64,000 nt of DNA from an uncultured Verrucomicrobiae bacterium. GTDB lineage: Bacteria; Verrucomicrobiota; Verrucomicrobiia; Limisphaerales; Palsa-1400. Below, piece after piece: positions 38,502-47,670 of this stretch. The position numbers and the translations under genes are program-made. Position 1 is the stretch's first letter. Every line of letters starts with the position of its first letter. The stretch covers positions 704,001 through 768,000 of the forward strand of contig CAVPOM010000006.1 of NCBI GenBank assembly GCA_963707025.1, given 5' to 3'. The notes below the pieces were generated by a model. That model ran no database searches. It was not told the origin of the DNA and saw only the letters and a list, made by a program, of their open reading frames with translations.

Positions 38502-39344
38502 ATGCATCCCACTGACAACATTTATCTGCCCAAGCTGGCGGTCCTGGACCGGGTGGCGGAGGACATCCCGGAAGTGAAGACGTTTTACTGGCGCTTCGAG
38601 GACCCGGCGGCGCAGGCGGAGTTCAAACGCTTCCGCCCGGGACAATTCGCCCAGATTTCCGTGTTCGGCGCGGGCGAATTCCCGGCCTCGCTTCCGCCCA
38701 GCCCGACCGAGGAGGAGACCTTTTTCACCATCCGGCAAGTCGGCAGTTGCACCGCCGCCCTCCATCAACTTAAACCGCGCGACAAATTCGCGGTGCGCGG
38801 CCCTTACGGCAACGGCTTTCCGATGGAGGATTATCAAGGGATGAACCTGACCTTCGTCGCCGGCGGCATCGGGTTGATTCCCTTGCGCTCCTGCATCGTC
38901 TATGCGCTCAAACACCGCTCCAAATACGGGCGGATCCAGGTGTTCTATGGCGCAAAAACTCCCGGCGAACTCATGTACCGGGCGGATTTGCGGGCGTGGG
39001 AGAAGGCCGGCGGCATGGAGTGTCATCTTACCGTGGACCGCGGCGGGGGCGGCTGGACCGGGCATGTCGGCGTAGTGGGCAGCCTCTTCAAGAAAGCCGG
39101 GGTGGACGTGCCGGTGGACAACACCACCGTCTTCGTCTGCGGCCCGCCGGTCATGTTCCGCTTCGTCATCCGGGACCTGCTCGCGCTGGGTTTCAAGGAG
39201 CGCCACATCGTCTCCACTCTGGAGCGTTACATGAAATGCGGGGTGGGCAAGTGCGGCCATTGCTGCATTGGCGTCGCCTATATATGCGTGGACGGCCCGG
39301 TATTCACCTACGAACAAATCAAAAAACTTGGGGAGGACATTTAA
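38502..39344 (+). CDS. AsrB / sulfhydrogenase-gamma (HydG)-like FAD/NAD(P)-binding [2Fe-2S] subunit
   Basis: PGQF, VRGPYGNGF, AGGIGLIP, CGPPVM, MKCGVGKCGHC...C. Confidence 0.88.
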   Translation: MHPTDNIYLPKLAVLDRVAEDIPEVKTFYWRFEDPAAQAEFKRFRPGQFAQISVFGAGEFPASLPPSPTEEETFFTIRQVGSCTAALHQLKPRDKFAVRGPYGNGFPMEDYQGMNLTFVAGGIGLIPLRSCIVYALKHRSKYGRIQVFYGAKTPGELMYRADLRAWEKAGGMECHLTVDRGGGGWTGHVGVVGSLFKKAGVDVPVDNTTVFVCGPPVMFRFVIRDLLALGFKERHIVSTLERYMKCGVGKCGHCCIGVAYICVDGPVFTYEQIKKLGEDI

Positions 39345-39865
39345 TGCCCGGCCTGCGCGAACAAATTCAGTCCGCTCTTCATGGCCGGGTCTGTTTCCTG
39401 GGCCTGGGCAATGTGGAGGGCGGCGACGACGGTTTGGGAGTGCGGCTGGCGGAAGCGCTGGCCCGCGCCGGGGTGCCCGATGTCCTCGTCGGCGGAACCG
39501 CCCCGGAGCAACTGGCCGGCCGTTGCGTTGCCAGTGGGTTCGACCATCTGGTTTTTCTGGATGCGGTGGATGTTGGCGCCGCGCCCGGCTCGGTCGTCTT
39601 CCTGAATTCAGAGGAAATGGCTGCGCGCTTTCCGCAGATTTCCACCCACCACCTCGCGCTGGGCCTGTTGGCCCGGTATGTTGAATCCAGCGGCAGGACG
39701 CGGGCCTGGCTCCTGGGCGCCCAACCGGCCTCCTTAAAACGCGGGCTGTTGCTTGCGCCCGCCATGCAAACGACCTTGGCCATCCTCACCGAACTGATTG
39801 TGAGTTCTTTTTTGGGCCGCGGTTGTTCCACTCCTAATCTTTATGAATTGGAGCAGATTCCCTGA
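39344..39865 (+). CDS. hycI: Hydrogenase maturation protease (HycI-like)
   Basis: LGLGN..GDDGLG, GTAPE, LDAVD, STH; TAATG coupling. Confidence 0.85.
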   Translation: MPGLREQIQSALHGRVCFLGLGNVEGGDDGLGVRLAEALARAGVPDVLVGGTAPEQLAGRCVASGFDHLVFLDAVDVGAAPGSVVFLNSEEMAARFPQISTHHLALGLLARYVESSGRTRAWLLGAQPASLKRGLLLAPAMQTTLAILTELIVSSFLGRGCSTPNLYELEQIP

Positions 39866-39868
39866 AAC

Positions 39869-41868
39869 ATGATGACTCCCGAAAAGGCCGTGTTTGCGTC
39901 CATGCTCGTCTGCATCGCCGGAGCGCTGCTGACGTGGCTGACCGCCCGGAACCGGACGCTGGCGGGCTGGCTCGCCTTCCTGGTGACCGCCGCGAGTGCG
40001 ACCCTCGTCTTCCTGGCCGTGGGGACCGTGCTGGCTGGCGGCGCTTCCGCCGGCTCGGAAGCATTTCTCCCGCTGCCGGCGCTGGGTTTCGCCCTGCGCT
40101 TGCATGTGGACGGATTGACCGCGTTGTTCCTGCTGCTGGCGGCGCTGATCGCGGTGCCGGCTTCGTTTTATTCCATTGCCTACATGAGGCATTATCCCGA
40201 TTATGGCGTCGCCCGGTATTATCCCTGGTTCCTCCTGTTCCTGGCGGCGATGTTCGGCCTGCTCAGCACCACGGACATGATGTGGTTCTTCCTCATTTTC
40301 TGGCAGATGATGACTCTGCCCGGCTACGCGCTCATCCGTTTCGAGCACAAAAAACCGGGCAACATTCGCGCGGCCAACAAATTTCTGTGGATGATGCAAA
40401 TCGCATGCGCGGCGACTCTCCTCGGCGCGCAGATTCTGGCCGGCGCGGGCGCCTCTGCCAATGCGGGCATGGGGGTGAAGTATGACTTCGACACCGTGAG
40501 CGCGAATCTGCCGGCGTTGTTGCACTCCCACCCAGTCCTCACGGCGACGGCCTTCGCGCTGTTCCTCGCCGGTTTTGGCATCAAGATGGGCATGTGGCCC
40601 TTTGGGCAGATATGGCTGCCGGACGCGCACCCCGCGGCGCCTTCCCCGGTCAGCGCGATGCTTTCCGGTGTCATGATCAAGACCGGGGTTTATGGCCTGA
40701 TGCGCTATTTCCTCTGGCTGACGCCCGCGCCGGCGCAGGCCGCTTTCCCCTGGGACGCTGGGGTTTGGTGGTGGCGGTGCTTGGGACCATCACGCTTTTC
40801 ACCGGCACCATGCAGGCCCTCAAGCAGGAGCAGACCAAGCGCCTGCTGGCCTTCCACAGCATCGGCCAGGTCGGCTACATCCTGCTCGGTTTCGGGGCCT
40901 GCATGGCGCTGCTGCCGGCCGCAGGACCGGAGGCTGCCACACTGGCGGCCCTGGGCATGACCGGCGCGCTCTTTCACACCCTCAACCACGGCGTCTTCAA
41001 GGCGCTGCTCTTCCTCAACGCCGGCTCCATGCTCCACGCCACCGGCACGCAGGACCTGAACAAAATGGGCGGTTTGCTCAAATACATGCCGCTGACGGCT
41101 GCCACGGCGCTCGTCGCCTCCCTCTCCATTTCCGGCGTGCCCTTGTTCAACGGCTTCGCCAGCAAATGGACGATTTACGTGGCGACGGTGCAAGGCAGCC
41201 ATCTGGCCGGCTATCTGGCCGTGTGCGCCGCCATTGCCATCCTGACCAGCGCACTGACCCTGGCCTCGTTCGTCAAGTTCTTTGGGGCCGGCTTCCTGTC
41301 ACGCACAAGCGCGCTGGTGAAGGAGAAGGCCGCCTGCCGGCGCCGGCTGGAGGTTGGGATGATCATGCAATTACCGCAGTTGATGCTGGCGCTGATCTGC
41401 CTGCTGCTGGGGATCATGCCGGCCATTGCCTGCAGCCTGATTCAGAGCGCGCTGGCGGCAAGCCCTCATGGTTTTGGCCAGGCCCTCGGCCGCGCGGTGC
41501 CTGCCCCAGGCAACCTGTGGGCCGGCCTGTCCGGGACCGGGTTGCGTTGCCTGTTCGTTCCGCTGGCCTTGCTGGCCGTCCTGGCGCTGGCGCTTTTTGC
41601 GGCCGGGTTTATTTCAAAGCTCGGCGGCGCGCCGCGCCGCGCCTCGCCTCCCTGGCTTTGCGGCTACGCGCGCGAGGCGGAATGCAACCGTTACGTGGCG
41701 CACGGCTTTTACGGCGAGATCAAACGTTATTTCCGCTGGCTCGGCGGCGCACCCGCGCCGCAGCACGAATCCTCTCCTAATCCTAATCTTAATCCTAATC
41801 TTAATCTTAATCCTAATCGTAATCTTAATCCTAATCGTAATCCGAATGAATCCCGTCTTCGACCATGA
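39869..41868 (+). CDS. hyfB: Antiporter-like membrane subunit of a group 4 hydrogenase (HyfB/HycC); frameshift at ~40747-40750
   Basis: Many TM helices; WLPDAHPAAPSPVSAMLSGVMIKTGVYG, KRLLAFHSIGQVGY, NHGVFKALLF, PWLCGY. Confidence 0.85.
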
Positions 41869-41916
41869 AAAGCTACAAAAAGGAGATTAAGATTAAGATT
41901 ATGATTAAGATTAAGA
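41775..41916. repeat. Inverted hexanucleotide microsatellite pair, (AATCBT)n ... (AGATTA)n
   Basis: About 11 units of aatcct/aatctt/aatcgt at 41775-41845 and about 5 reverse-complement units at 41884-41914. Confidence 0.9.
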
Positions 41917-41954
41917 GGAGCAGAGACCCATGCGCCTTTTGAAGGAACCTTGAA

Positions 41955-43644
41955 ATGATTGCGCGCGAAAAACTGGATCAGTTGCAGGCAAGGTGGGCTT
42001 CCGCCATCCGGCGGGCCGACTTGCCCTCCGACCGCTGCCTGTTCGTCTTCGTGGAAGCGTCCGCTTTGAAGGGCGTGTGTCAGTACGTTTTTCGCGATCT
42101 GAATGCCCGCTATGTGACCAGCATCGGGGCGGATGACCGGCCCTTCTCCGGTTCGTTCCTGGTGGCGCACCATTTTGCCTTTGATCAGGACCATGTATTG
42201 TGCAGCATCCTGGCGGAGATTCCGCCCGGCGATCATCCCAGAGTGGACAGCATCTCGGAGGTGGTGCCCCCGGCGAATTGGGCCGAGCGGGAAATGCGCG
42301 ATCTGGTGGGCATCGAGCTGACCGGCCATTCCTATCCCAAGCGCCTGGTCCTGCCGGACGGCTGGCCGGAGGGCGTCCACCCGCTGCGCAAGGACATCCC
42401 CTGGAATTTTGTGCCCGAAGGCTACGATGAGGAACGCGAATTCAAGTTCGACGAACCGCCCGAAGGCTGCACCGTCGTGCCGTTCGGCCCGTTTCATCCC
42501 ACCCTGGATGAACCGGCCCATTTCCGGCTCTACGTGGACGGCGAGCGGGTGCGCGGGTGCGAATACCGCGGCTTCATGGCCCATCGCGGGATCGAGAAAC
42601 TGGCCGAGTCGGTGCTCAGCTACAACGACATCCCGATCATGGCCGAGCGCATCTGCGGCATCTGCGGCTGCGTGCATAACGTGACCTACGCGCAGGCGGT
42701 GGAAAGCGCCGCGGCCTTGCAAGCGCCGCCCCGCGCGGAGTATCTGCGCACCATCATGCTGGAACTGGAGCGGCTGCACAGTCATCTCCTTTGGGTCGGG
42801 CTGGCCTGCCACATCGTCGGTTTTGACACTTTGTTCATGCAATGCTTCCGCATTCGCGAGCCGGTCATGTGGGTGGCGGAGAAAATCACCGGCAACCGCA
42901 AAACTTACGGCCTCTGTGTCATCGGCGGGGTGCGGCGGGACTTGACGGATGAGTTGAAGGCCGAACTGCAACAGGTGCTCGCCGGGCTGGAAACGGAATG
43001 GCAGGCAGTGACCGGCGCGGTGCTGAAGGACCGGAACATCCAGCAGCGCACGCGCGGGGTGGGCATCGCCGACCGCAACTTGGTCAAGGAAGCCGGGCTG
43101 ATCGGACCGGTGGCGCGCGCGGCGGGTGTGGAAATTGATTGCCGCCGCGATCATCCTTATGCCGCTTATGACCGCGTGGCTTTCGAGGTCATCACCGCCG
43201 CCGACGGCGACGTTCTGGGCGCGGCTGGTGGTGCGGGCGCGAGAAGTATTTGAGTCCATTAAAATCATCCGGCAATGCCTCGACAAAATGGAAAGCGGGC
43301 CAATCCAGTTGGAGTTGAAGGACGAATTGCCGGTTGGCCGGCTGGGCATGTCAAGCATCGAAGCCCCGCGCGGGGAGTGTCATCACTTCGTCATCACCGG
43401 CGAGGGCAACCGTCCGCGCCGCTGGCGGGTGCGCGCCCCCACCTATCAGAATCTACAGGGCGTTCCGGCGATGATCAAGGACCAGCAACTGGCGGACATG
43501 ACGATTACGCTGGGCAGCATAGACCCGTGTTTCTCCTGCACCGACCGTCTCGAAACCATTGACATCAAGTCCGGAGCGATCAAAGTCTGGTCGCCGGAAG
43601 AAATGCTCAAATTGGGCCAAGCCAAACAACGAATAGAGCCATGA
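41955..43644 (+). CDS. hycE: Group 4 [NiFe]-hydrogenase large subunit (HycE-type NuoC+NuoD fusion); frameshift at ~43212-43215
   Basis: WAEREMRDLVG, L1 motif ERICGICGCVH, L2 motif DPCFSCTDR, cleavable C-terminal extension. Confidence 0.92.
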
Positions 43645-44354
43645 AAACAACAAGGCCATTTGCCACATCATGGTCAGCGACATTCCTCGCCGTGCTTTCG
43701 GCACAAGCCCAAGGCACATTTCAAAACCTGAATTTTGAGTCCGCTAATTTGTCGCCGATCGTATCGGGTCAATATGGAGGGGAGGTTGCGATCAGTTCAG
43801 CCTTGCCGGGATGGAGCGCTACAATCGGCGGAGTTGCAGTGACACAGGTTTTGCAAAACAATTACACCCTTGGAGAAGCAAGCATAAGCATCTTTGGCCC
43901 GAGCTGGAATGACGTTGACCCCGGCATTATTGACGGAAACTATACTGTGTTTCTGCAAGCGTTTAACCCAGGCCAAGGCAATGTGTCGCTGTGGCAAACC
44001 GGCACGATTCCGGCAAATGCGGCTTCGCTTCAATTCAGCGCTTGGAACTACACGTCAGTTAACGAAGCTTTTTCTGTGTCTTTCGCCGGTAACAGCTTGT
44101 CCCCGGTTTCCCTCGGCTCCGGACAATCCGCATCCGGACAAGCTTACACCGTCTACGGTGTCAGCATAGCCCCTTATGCTGGTCAGACAGGGCAACTCGA
44201 ATTCACAGCCTTCGGTGGTCAAGGCCCGGACTGGATCGAGCTTGATGACATCGCGTTTTCCCCAAACGGCGTGCCCGAACCCAGCACGCTGGCGCTCGTC
44301 GTCATCGGCGGACTGGCGCTGGCCGCCCGCCGCTGGCGCAAAGTGGCTTCATGA
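43641..44354 (+). CDS. PEP-CTERM sorting-domain protein
   Basis: Signal peptide (...SAQA), QNLNFES, C-terminal VPEPSTLALVVIGGLALAARRWRK. Confidence 0.92.
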   Translation: MKTTRPFATSWSATFLAVLSAQAQGTFQNLNFESANLSPIVSGQYGGEVAISSALPGWSATIGGVAVTQVLQNNYTLGEASISIFGPSWNDVDPGIIDGNYTVFLQAFNPGQGNVSLWQTGTIPANAASLQFSAWNYTSVNEAFSVSFAGNSLSPVSLGSGQSASGQAYTVYGVSIAPYAGQTGQLEFTAFGGQGPDWIELDDIAFSPNGVPEPSTLALVVIGGLALAARRWRKVAS

Positions 44355-44369
44355 AAACCACAACCTTAT

Positions 44370-45296
44370 ATGCAACGTGACCTGATATGGATAATGGCAA
44401 GGGGACTGGCCAATGTGGCCGCAGTGCTGCTCTTCGCGCCGCTGTGCGAAGGGGTGCTGCGGAAGGTGACGGCGCGCCTGCAATCGCGCCGGGGACCACC
44501 GCTGTGGCAGCCTTATTTTGACCTGCTGAAGTTGCTCGGCAAGGAGGACATTGAATCGGGCGAATCACCGGGCTTGCAGCGGTTTGTCGCCCGGCTGGCG
44601 CTGGCGGCGGTGCTGACAGTGGCCTGCCTGGTGCCGATGGGATTTGCCGCGCCCATGAACGGAGCAGGGGACGTGATTCTGCTCATTTACCTGCTGACCC
44701 TCTGCGGCATCAGCACGTTGCTCGGCGGCCTGGCGGCGGGGTCCACTTATTCGCTGCTCGGCATCGGGCGCGAGATGATGACGATGATCGCCCTGGAACC
44801 GTTGTTTGCCATTGCCCTCCTCATCGGCGCGGTCCATGTGGGGTCGTTCCGGCTGGACGCCGTTTTGAACGGCTCAGTTTATGCCGTCACTGGCATTCCG
44901 TGGTCGGGGCTGATCCTGCTGGTGGTGATGGTGCTGTCCTTCCAGGCGTTTGTGCAACGGATGCCGTTTGACATTTCCGAGGCGGAAACGGAAATTATGG
45001 AAGGGCCGCTGGTGGAGTACTCCGGCCCCAAGCTGGCCCTGTTCAAGTACGCGCAAATGGCGCGGCTGGTGGTTCACAGCGGGTTGTTCGTCGCGTTGTT
45101 TGTGCCCTGGGGAGCGGGGCTGGCCTTCCCGCTGGGCTGGTTGTTGTTCTGGGCAAAAGTGCTGGCGCTGGTGCTGATCGTGACGGTCGTGGCGGCGACG
45201 CACGCGCGCTACCGGATTGACCAGGCCATTCGATTTTTCGCCGGATTGCTGGCGGCGGCGTTCGCGGCCCTGGCCCTGGCGGCTTACGGTCACTGA
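44370..45296 (+). CDS. hycD: Hydrogenase membrane subunit (HycD/NuoH-like)
   Basis: RKVTARLQSRRGPPLWQPYFDLLKLLGKE, PFDISEAETEIMEGPLVEYSG. Confidence 0.88.
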   Translation: MQRDLIWIMARGLANVAAVLLFAPLCEGVLRKVTARLQSRRGPPLWQPYFDLLKLLGKEDIESGESPGLQRFVARLALAAVLTVACLVPMGFAAPMNGAGDVILLIYLLTLCGISTLLGGLAAGSTYSLLGIGREMMTMIALEPLFAIALLIGAVHVGSFRLDAVLNGSVYAVTGIPWSGLILLVVMVLSFQAFVQRMPFDISEAETEIMEGPLVEYSGPKLALFKYAQMARLVVHSGLFVALFVPWGAGLAFPLGWLLFWAKVLALVLIVTVVAATHARYRIDQAIRFFAGLLAAAFAALALAAYGH

Positions 45297-45309
45297 TGGA
45301 GGCGCATTC

Positions 45310-45834
45310 ATGTCCATGATGAGCAAATTCAAAGAAGCGATGGTCGGCCTCAAGGCCGGCTGCGTGACCCTGGATTATCCGGCGCAGCCGCGGCCGGTGG
45401 CGGAGAATTTCCGCGGCCGGCCGGTCTTCGACGCCCAAAAGTGCATCGGCTGCGCGGGCTGCGCCAACAACTGTCCGGCGCGCGAGATCCTGGTTTTCGA
45501 TGTCTGCCAGGAAATTCGCATCCTGCAGTATCTGGGGCGGCGTTGCACCTACTGCGGACGGTGCGCGGAGGTTTGCCCGGAGAAGGCCATCACCATGAGC
45601 CATGACTACGAGACGGCGACCAACAAAATTGGCGACATGGAGCAACGATTGGATTTGTTCATGAGCACCTGCCAGCGCTGCGGGCGTTGTTTCAAGGAAA
45701 CTTCGCCCTTGGAAACGCTCAAGCTCAAGGGCTACCGCTTTGACGAGCTGGCCAGCGAGCGCTGGATTTTCCGCTCCCGCGCCTACCTGGAAAAGGAGCC
45801 GGTGGTGGATGACCTCAAGATCGAACTGGATTAA
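45310..45834 (+). CDS. hycF: Hydrogenase 2x[4Fe-4S] subunit (HycF/NuoI-like)
   Basis: TLDYP, FRGRP, CIGCAGCANNCP, CTYCGRCAEVCP, CQRCG. Confidence 0.85.
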   Translation: MSMMSKFKEAMVGLKAGCVTLDYPAQPRPVAENFRGRPVFDAQKCIGCAGCANNCPAREILVFDVCQEIRILQYLGRRCTYCGRCAEVCPEKAITMSHDYETATNKIGDMEQRLDLFMSTCQRCGRCFKETSPLETLKLKGYRFDELASERWIFRSRAYLEKEPVVDDLKIELD

Positions 45835-45840
45835 ACCGCC

Positions 45841-46377
45841 ATGCTGAAGAATCTTTGCCAAAAAATGTTCGGCCGCTCGCTCTGGGTCTATCACGCCAAC
45901 AGCGGCGGCTGCAACGGCTGCGACATCGAGGTGCTCAACGTGCTCACGCCCTATTATGACGTGGAGCGTTTCGGCATCAAGCTGGTCGGCTCGCCGCGCC
46001 ACGCGGATGTGATGCTCTGCCAGGGGCCGGCCCTGCGCGCCACTGCGCGGGCTTTGCGCTGCGCCTACGAGGCGATGCCGGCGCCCAAGCTGGTCTTTGC
46101 CATCGGCGGCTGCGCCTGCGGCGGCGGCATCTGGCACGACACTTATGCTGTGCTCGGCCCGGTGGAAAAAGTCATCCCGGTCAACTTCTACATTCCCGGC
46201 TGCCCGCCGCGGCCCGAAGCCATCATCTATGGCGTGGCGGTGGCCGTCGGGCTGGTGGACAAGAAGGTGGCGCCGGTGGAGTTCAAGCAACTGGAAATGC
46301 CCATTCCACGCTACCACCCCGCCGACCTCCGCGGCCGGGACGAAATGGTGGTTTACGAAAAGGTGGAGAAGGTTTAG
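45841..46377 (+). CDS. hycG: Hydrogenase small subunit (HycG/NuoB-like)
   Basis: [32 protein letters not shown]. Confidence 0.9.
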   Translation: MLKNLCQKMFGRSLWVYHANSGGCNGCDIEVLNVLTPYYDVERFGIKLVGSPRHADVMLCQGPALRATARALRCAYEAMPAPKLVFAIGGCACGGGIWHDTYAVLGPVEKVIPVNFYIPGCPPRPEAIIYGVAVAVGLVDKKVAPVEFKQLEMPIPRYHPADLRGRDEMVVYEKVEKV

Positions 46378-46381
46378 CTTA

Positions 46382-46729
46382 ATGCACGAGTATTCCATTA
46401 TGCAAAGCGCGCTCCATCAGGCCTTGCGGGAAGCCCGGCTGGCCGGAGCCGCGCGCGTGCATGAAATCCGGCTGCGCGTCGGCGTGCTCAGTGGAGTCGT
46501 GCCCGACGCGCTCCAGTTCGCCTTCGAGGCGCTCACGCCCGGAACGTCCGCGGAAGGCGCTTTGTTGAGGATTGAGGAAGTGGCGGCGCGATTCTGGTGC
46601 GCCCCGTGCGGCCGGGAGTTTGTGTCGGCCAATTTGTACGCCGAGTGCCCGGATTGCGGCGCCGCCAGCGGCGAACTTCGCGCCGGGCGGGAATTGGAAT
46701 TAAGCTCGATGGAGGTGGACCATGTGTGA
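46382..46729 (+). CDS. hypA: Hydrogenase nickel metallochaperone HypA
   Basis: MHEYSI, CAPC...CPDCG, GRELEL. Confidence 0.92.
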   Translation: MHEYSIMQSALHQALREARLAGAARVHEIRLRVGVLSGVVPDALQFAFEALTPGTSAEGALLRIEEVAARFWCAPCGREFVSANLYAECPDCGAASGELRAGRELELSSMEVDHV

Positions 46730-47558
46730 AGATTGCGGCTGCGGGTTGACCGCGGGAATTCCAGTGACCGTTTCCGGCCACAACCAGCATGACCCTGGCG
46801 ATCATGAACACCATCACCACGACCCTGAGCACGGACACGGGCATTCGCACGACCATCCTCATTCGCACGAACCCGGCGCGGCAGAGCGTCAGACGATGGA
46901 ACTGCGGCACGCCATCCTTGAGAAGAACGACCGCCTGGCCGAACGCAACCGCGGCTTCTTCCGGGCGCGCGGGCTTTTGGTCATCAATGTCCTCTCCGCT
47001 CCCGGCTCGGGCAAAACGACGCTGATTGGCGAAACCATCCGCCGGCTCGGCCCGCGCCTGAAGACGGCCGTGATTGTCGGCGATCTGGCGACCGACAACG
47101 ACGCCCGCCGCCTGCGCGATTCCGGCGCGCCGGTCGTCCAGATCAACACAGGCACGGTCTGCCATCTGGAAGCGGACATGGTGGCCCGCGCCGTCAAGCA
47201 ACTGGATCTGGCCGGGCTGGACCTGCTCATCATCGAGAACGTCGGCAACCTGGTCTGCCCGGCCAGCTATGATTTGGGCGAGGACCTGCGCATCGTGCTG
47301 TTGTCGGTCACGGACGGCGAGGACAAGCCGCTGAAATATCCCCCCATCTTCCACCTGGCCAACGCGGTCATCGTCAGCAAATTGGATCTGGACCGGGCCT
47401 GCGACTTCAACCGCGAGGCGGTGACGGCGAACATCCGCCACATCGCGCACCACGCCCGGCTGTTCGAAATCTCCGCCAAGACCGGGACCGGCCTGGATGA
47501 CTGGTGCGACTATCTGTTACAGCAGCACCAAGCTGTCCAACACCGCGATCCGCTCTAA
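46722..47558 (+). CDS. hypB: Hydrogenase nickel-incorporation GTPase HypB
   Basis: MCEDCGC, His-rich segment, PGSGKTT, CHLEA, ENVGNLVCP, GEDKPLKYP. Confidence 0.95.
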   Translation: MCEDCGCGLTAGIPVTVSGHNQHDPGDHEHHHHDPEHGHGHSHDHPHSHEPGAAERQTMELRHAILEKNDRLAERNRGFFRARGLLVINVLSAPGSGKTTLIGETIRRLGPRLKTAVIVGDLATDNDARRLRDSGAPVVQINTGTVCHLEADMVARAVKQLDLAGLDLLIIENVGNLVCPASYDLGEDLRIVLLSVTDGEDKPLKYPPIFHLANAVIVSKLDLDRACDFNREAVTANIRHIAHHARLFEISAKTGTGLDDWCDYLLQQHQAVQHRDPL

Positions 47559-47670
47559 TCGGCGCGCCCATTAATGATGCACTGTGAAACTTGGCGCAGG
47601 CAAGGGCGCCGGACTATCTCGTATTGGGCGCCCGATGAGGAAGAGTAGAATTCGGTTTGGCCAATGATTT

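Noticed and set aside
37418..39344. Anaerobic sulfite reductase AsrABC or a soluble group 3b hydrogenase
   Set aside because: No siroheme AsrC and no group 3b large/small subunits; the adjacent hydrogenase is a membrane-bound group 4 enzyme.
41775..41916. CRISPR array
   Set aside because: Hexamer microsatellite without unique spacers; no cas genes. The same applies to the 12-bp repeats at 5656-5703.
11619..43644. Programmed frameshifting or real pseudogenes in the porin, tetraheme, cbcL, pat, hyfB and hycE genes
   Set aside because: Each has a single 1-nt indel, several in short homopolymers, with no shared slippery motif and intact catalytic motifs on both sides. Sequencing error is simpler; reads are needed to confirm.
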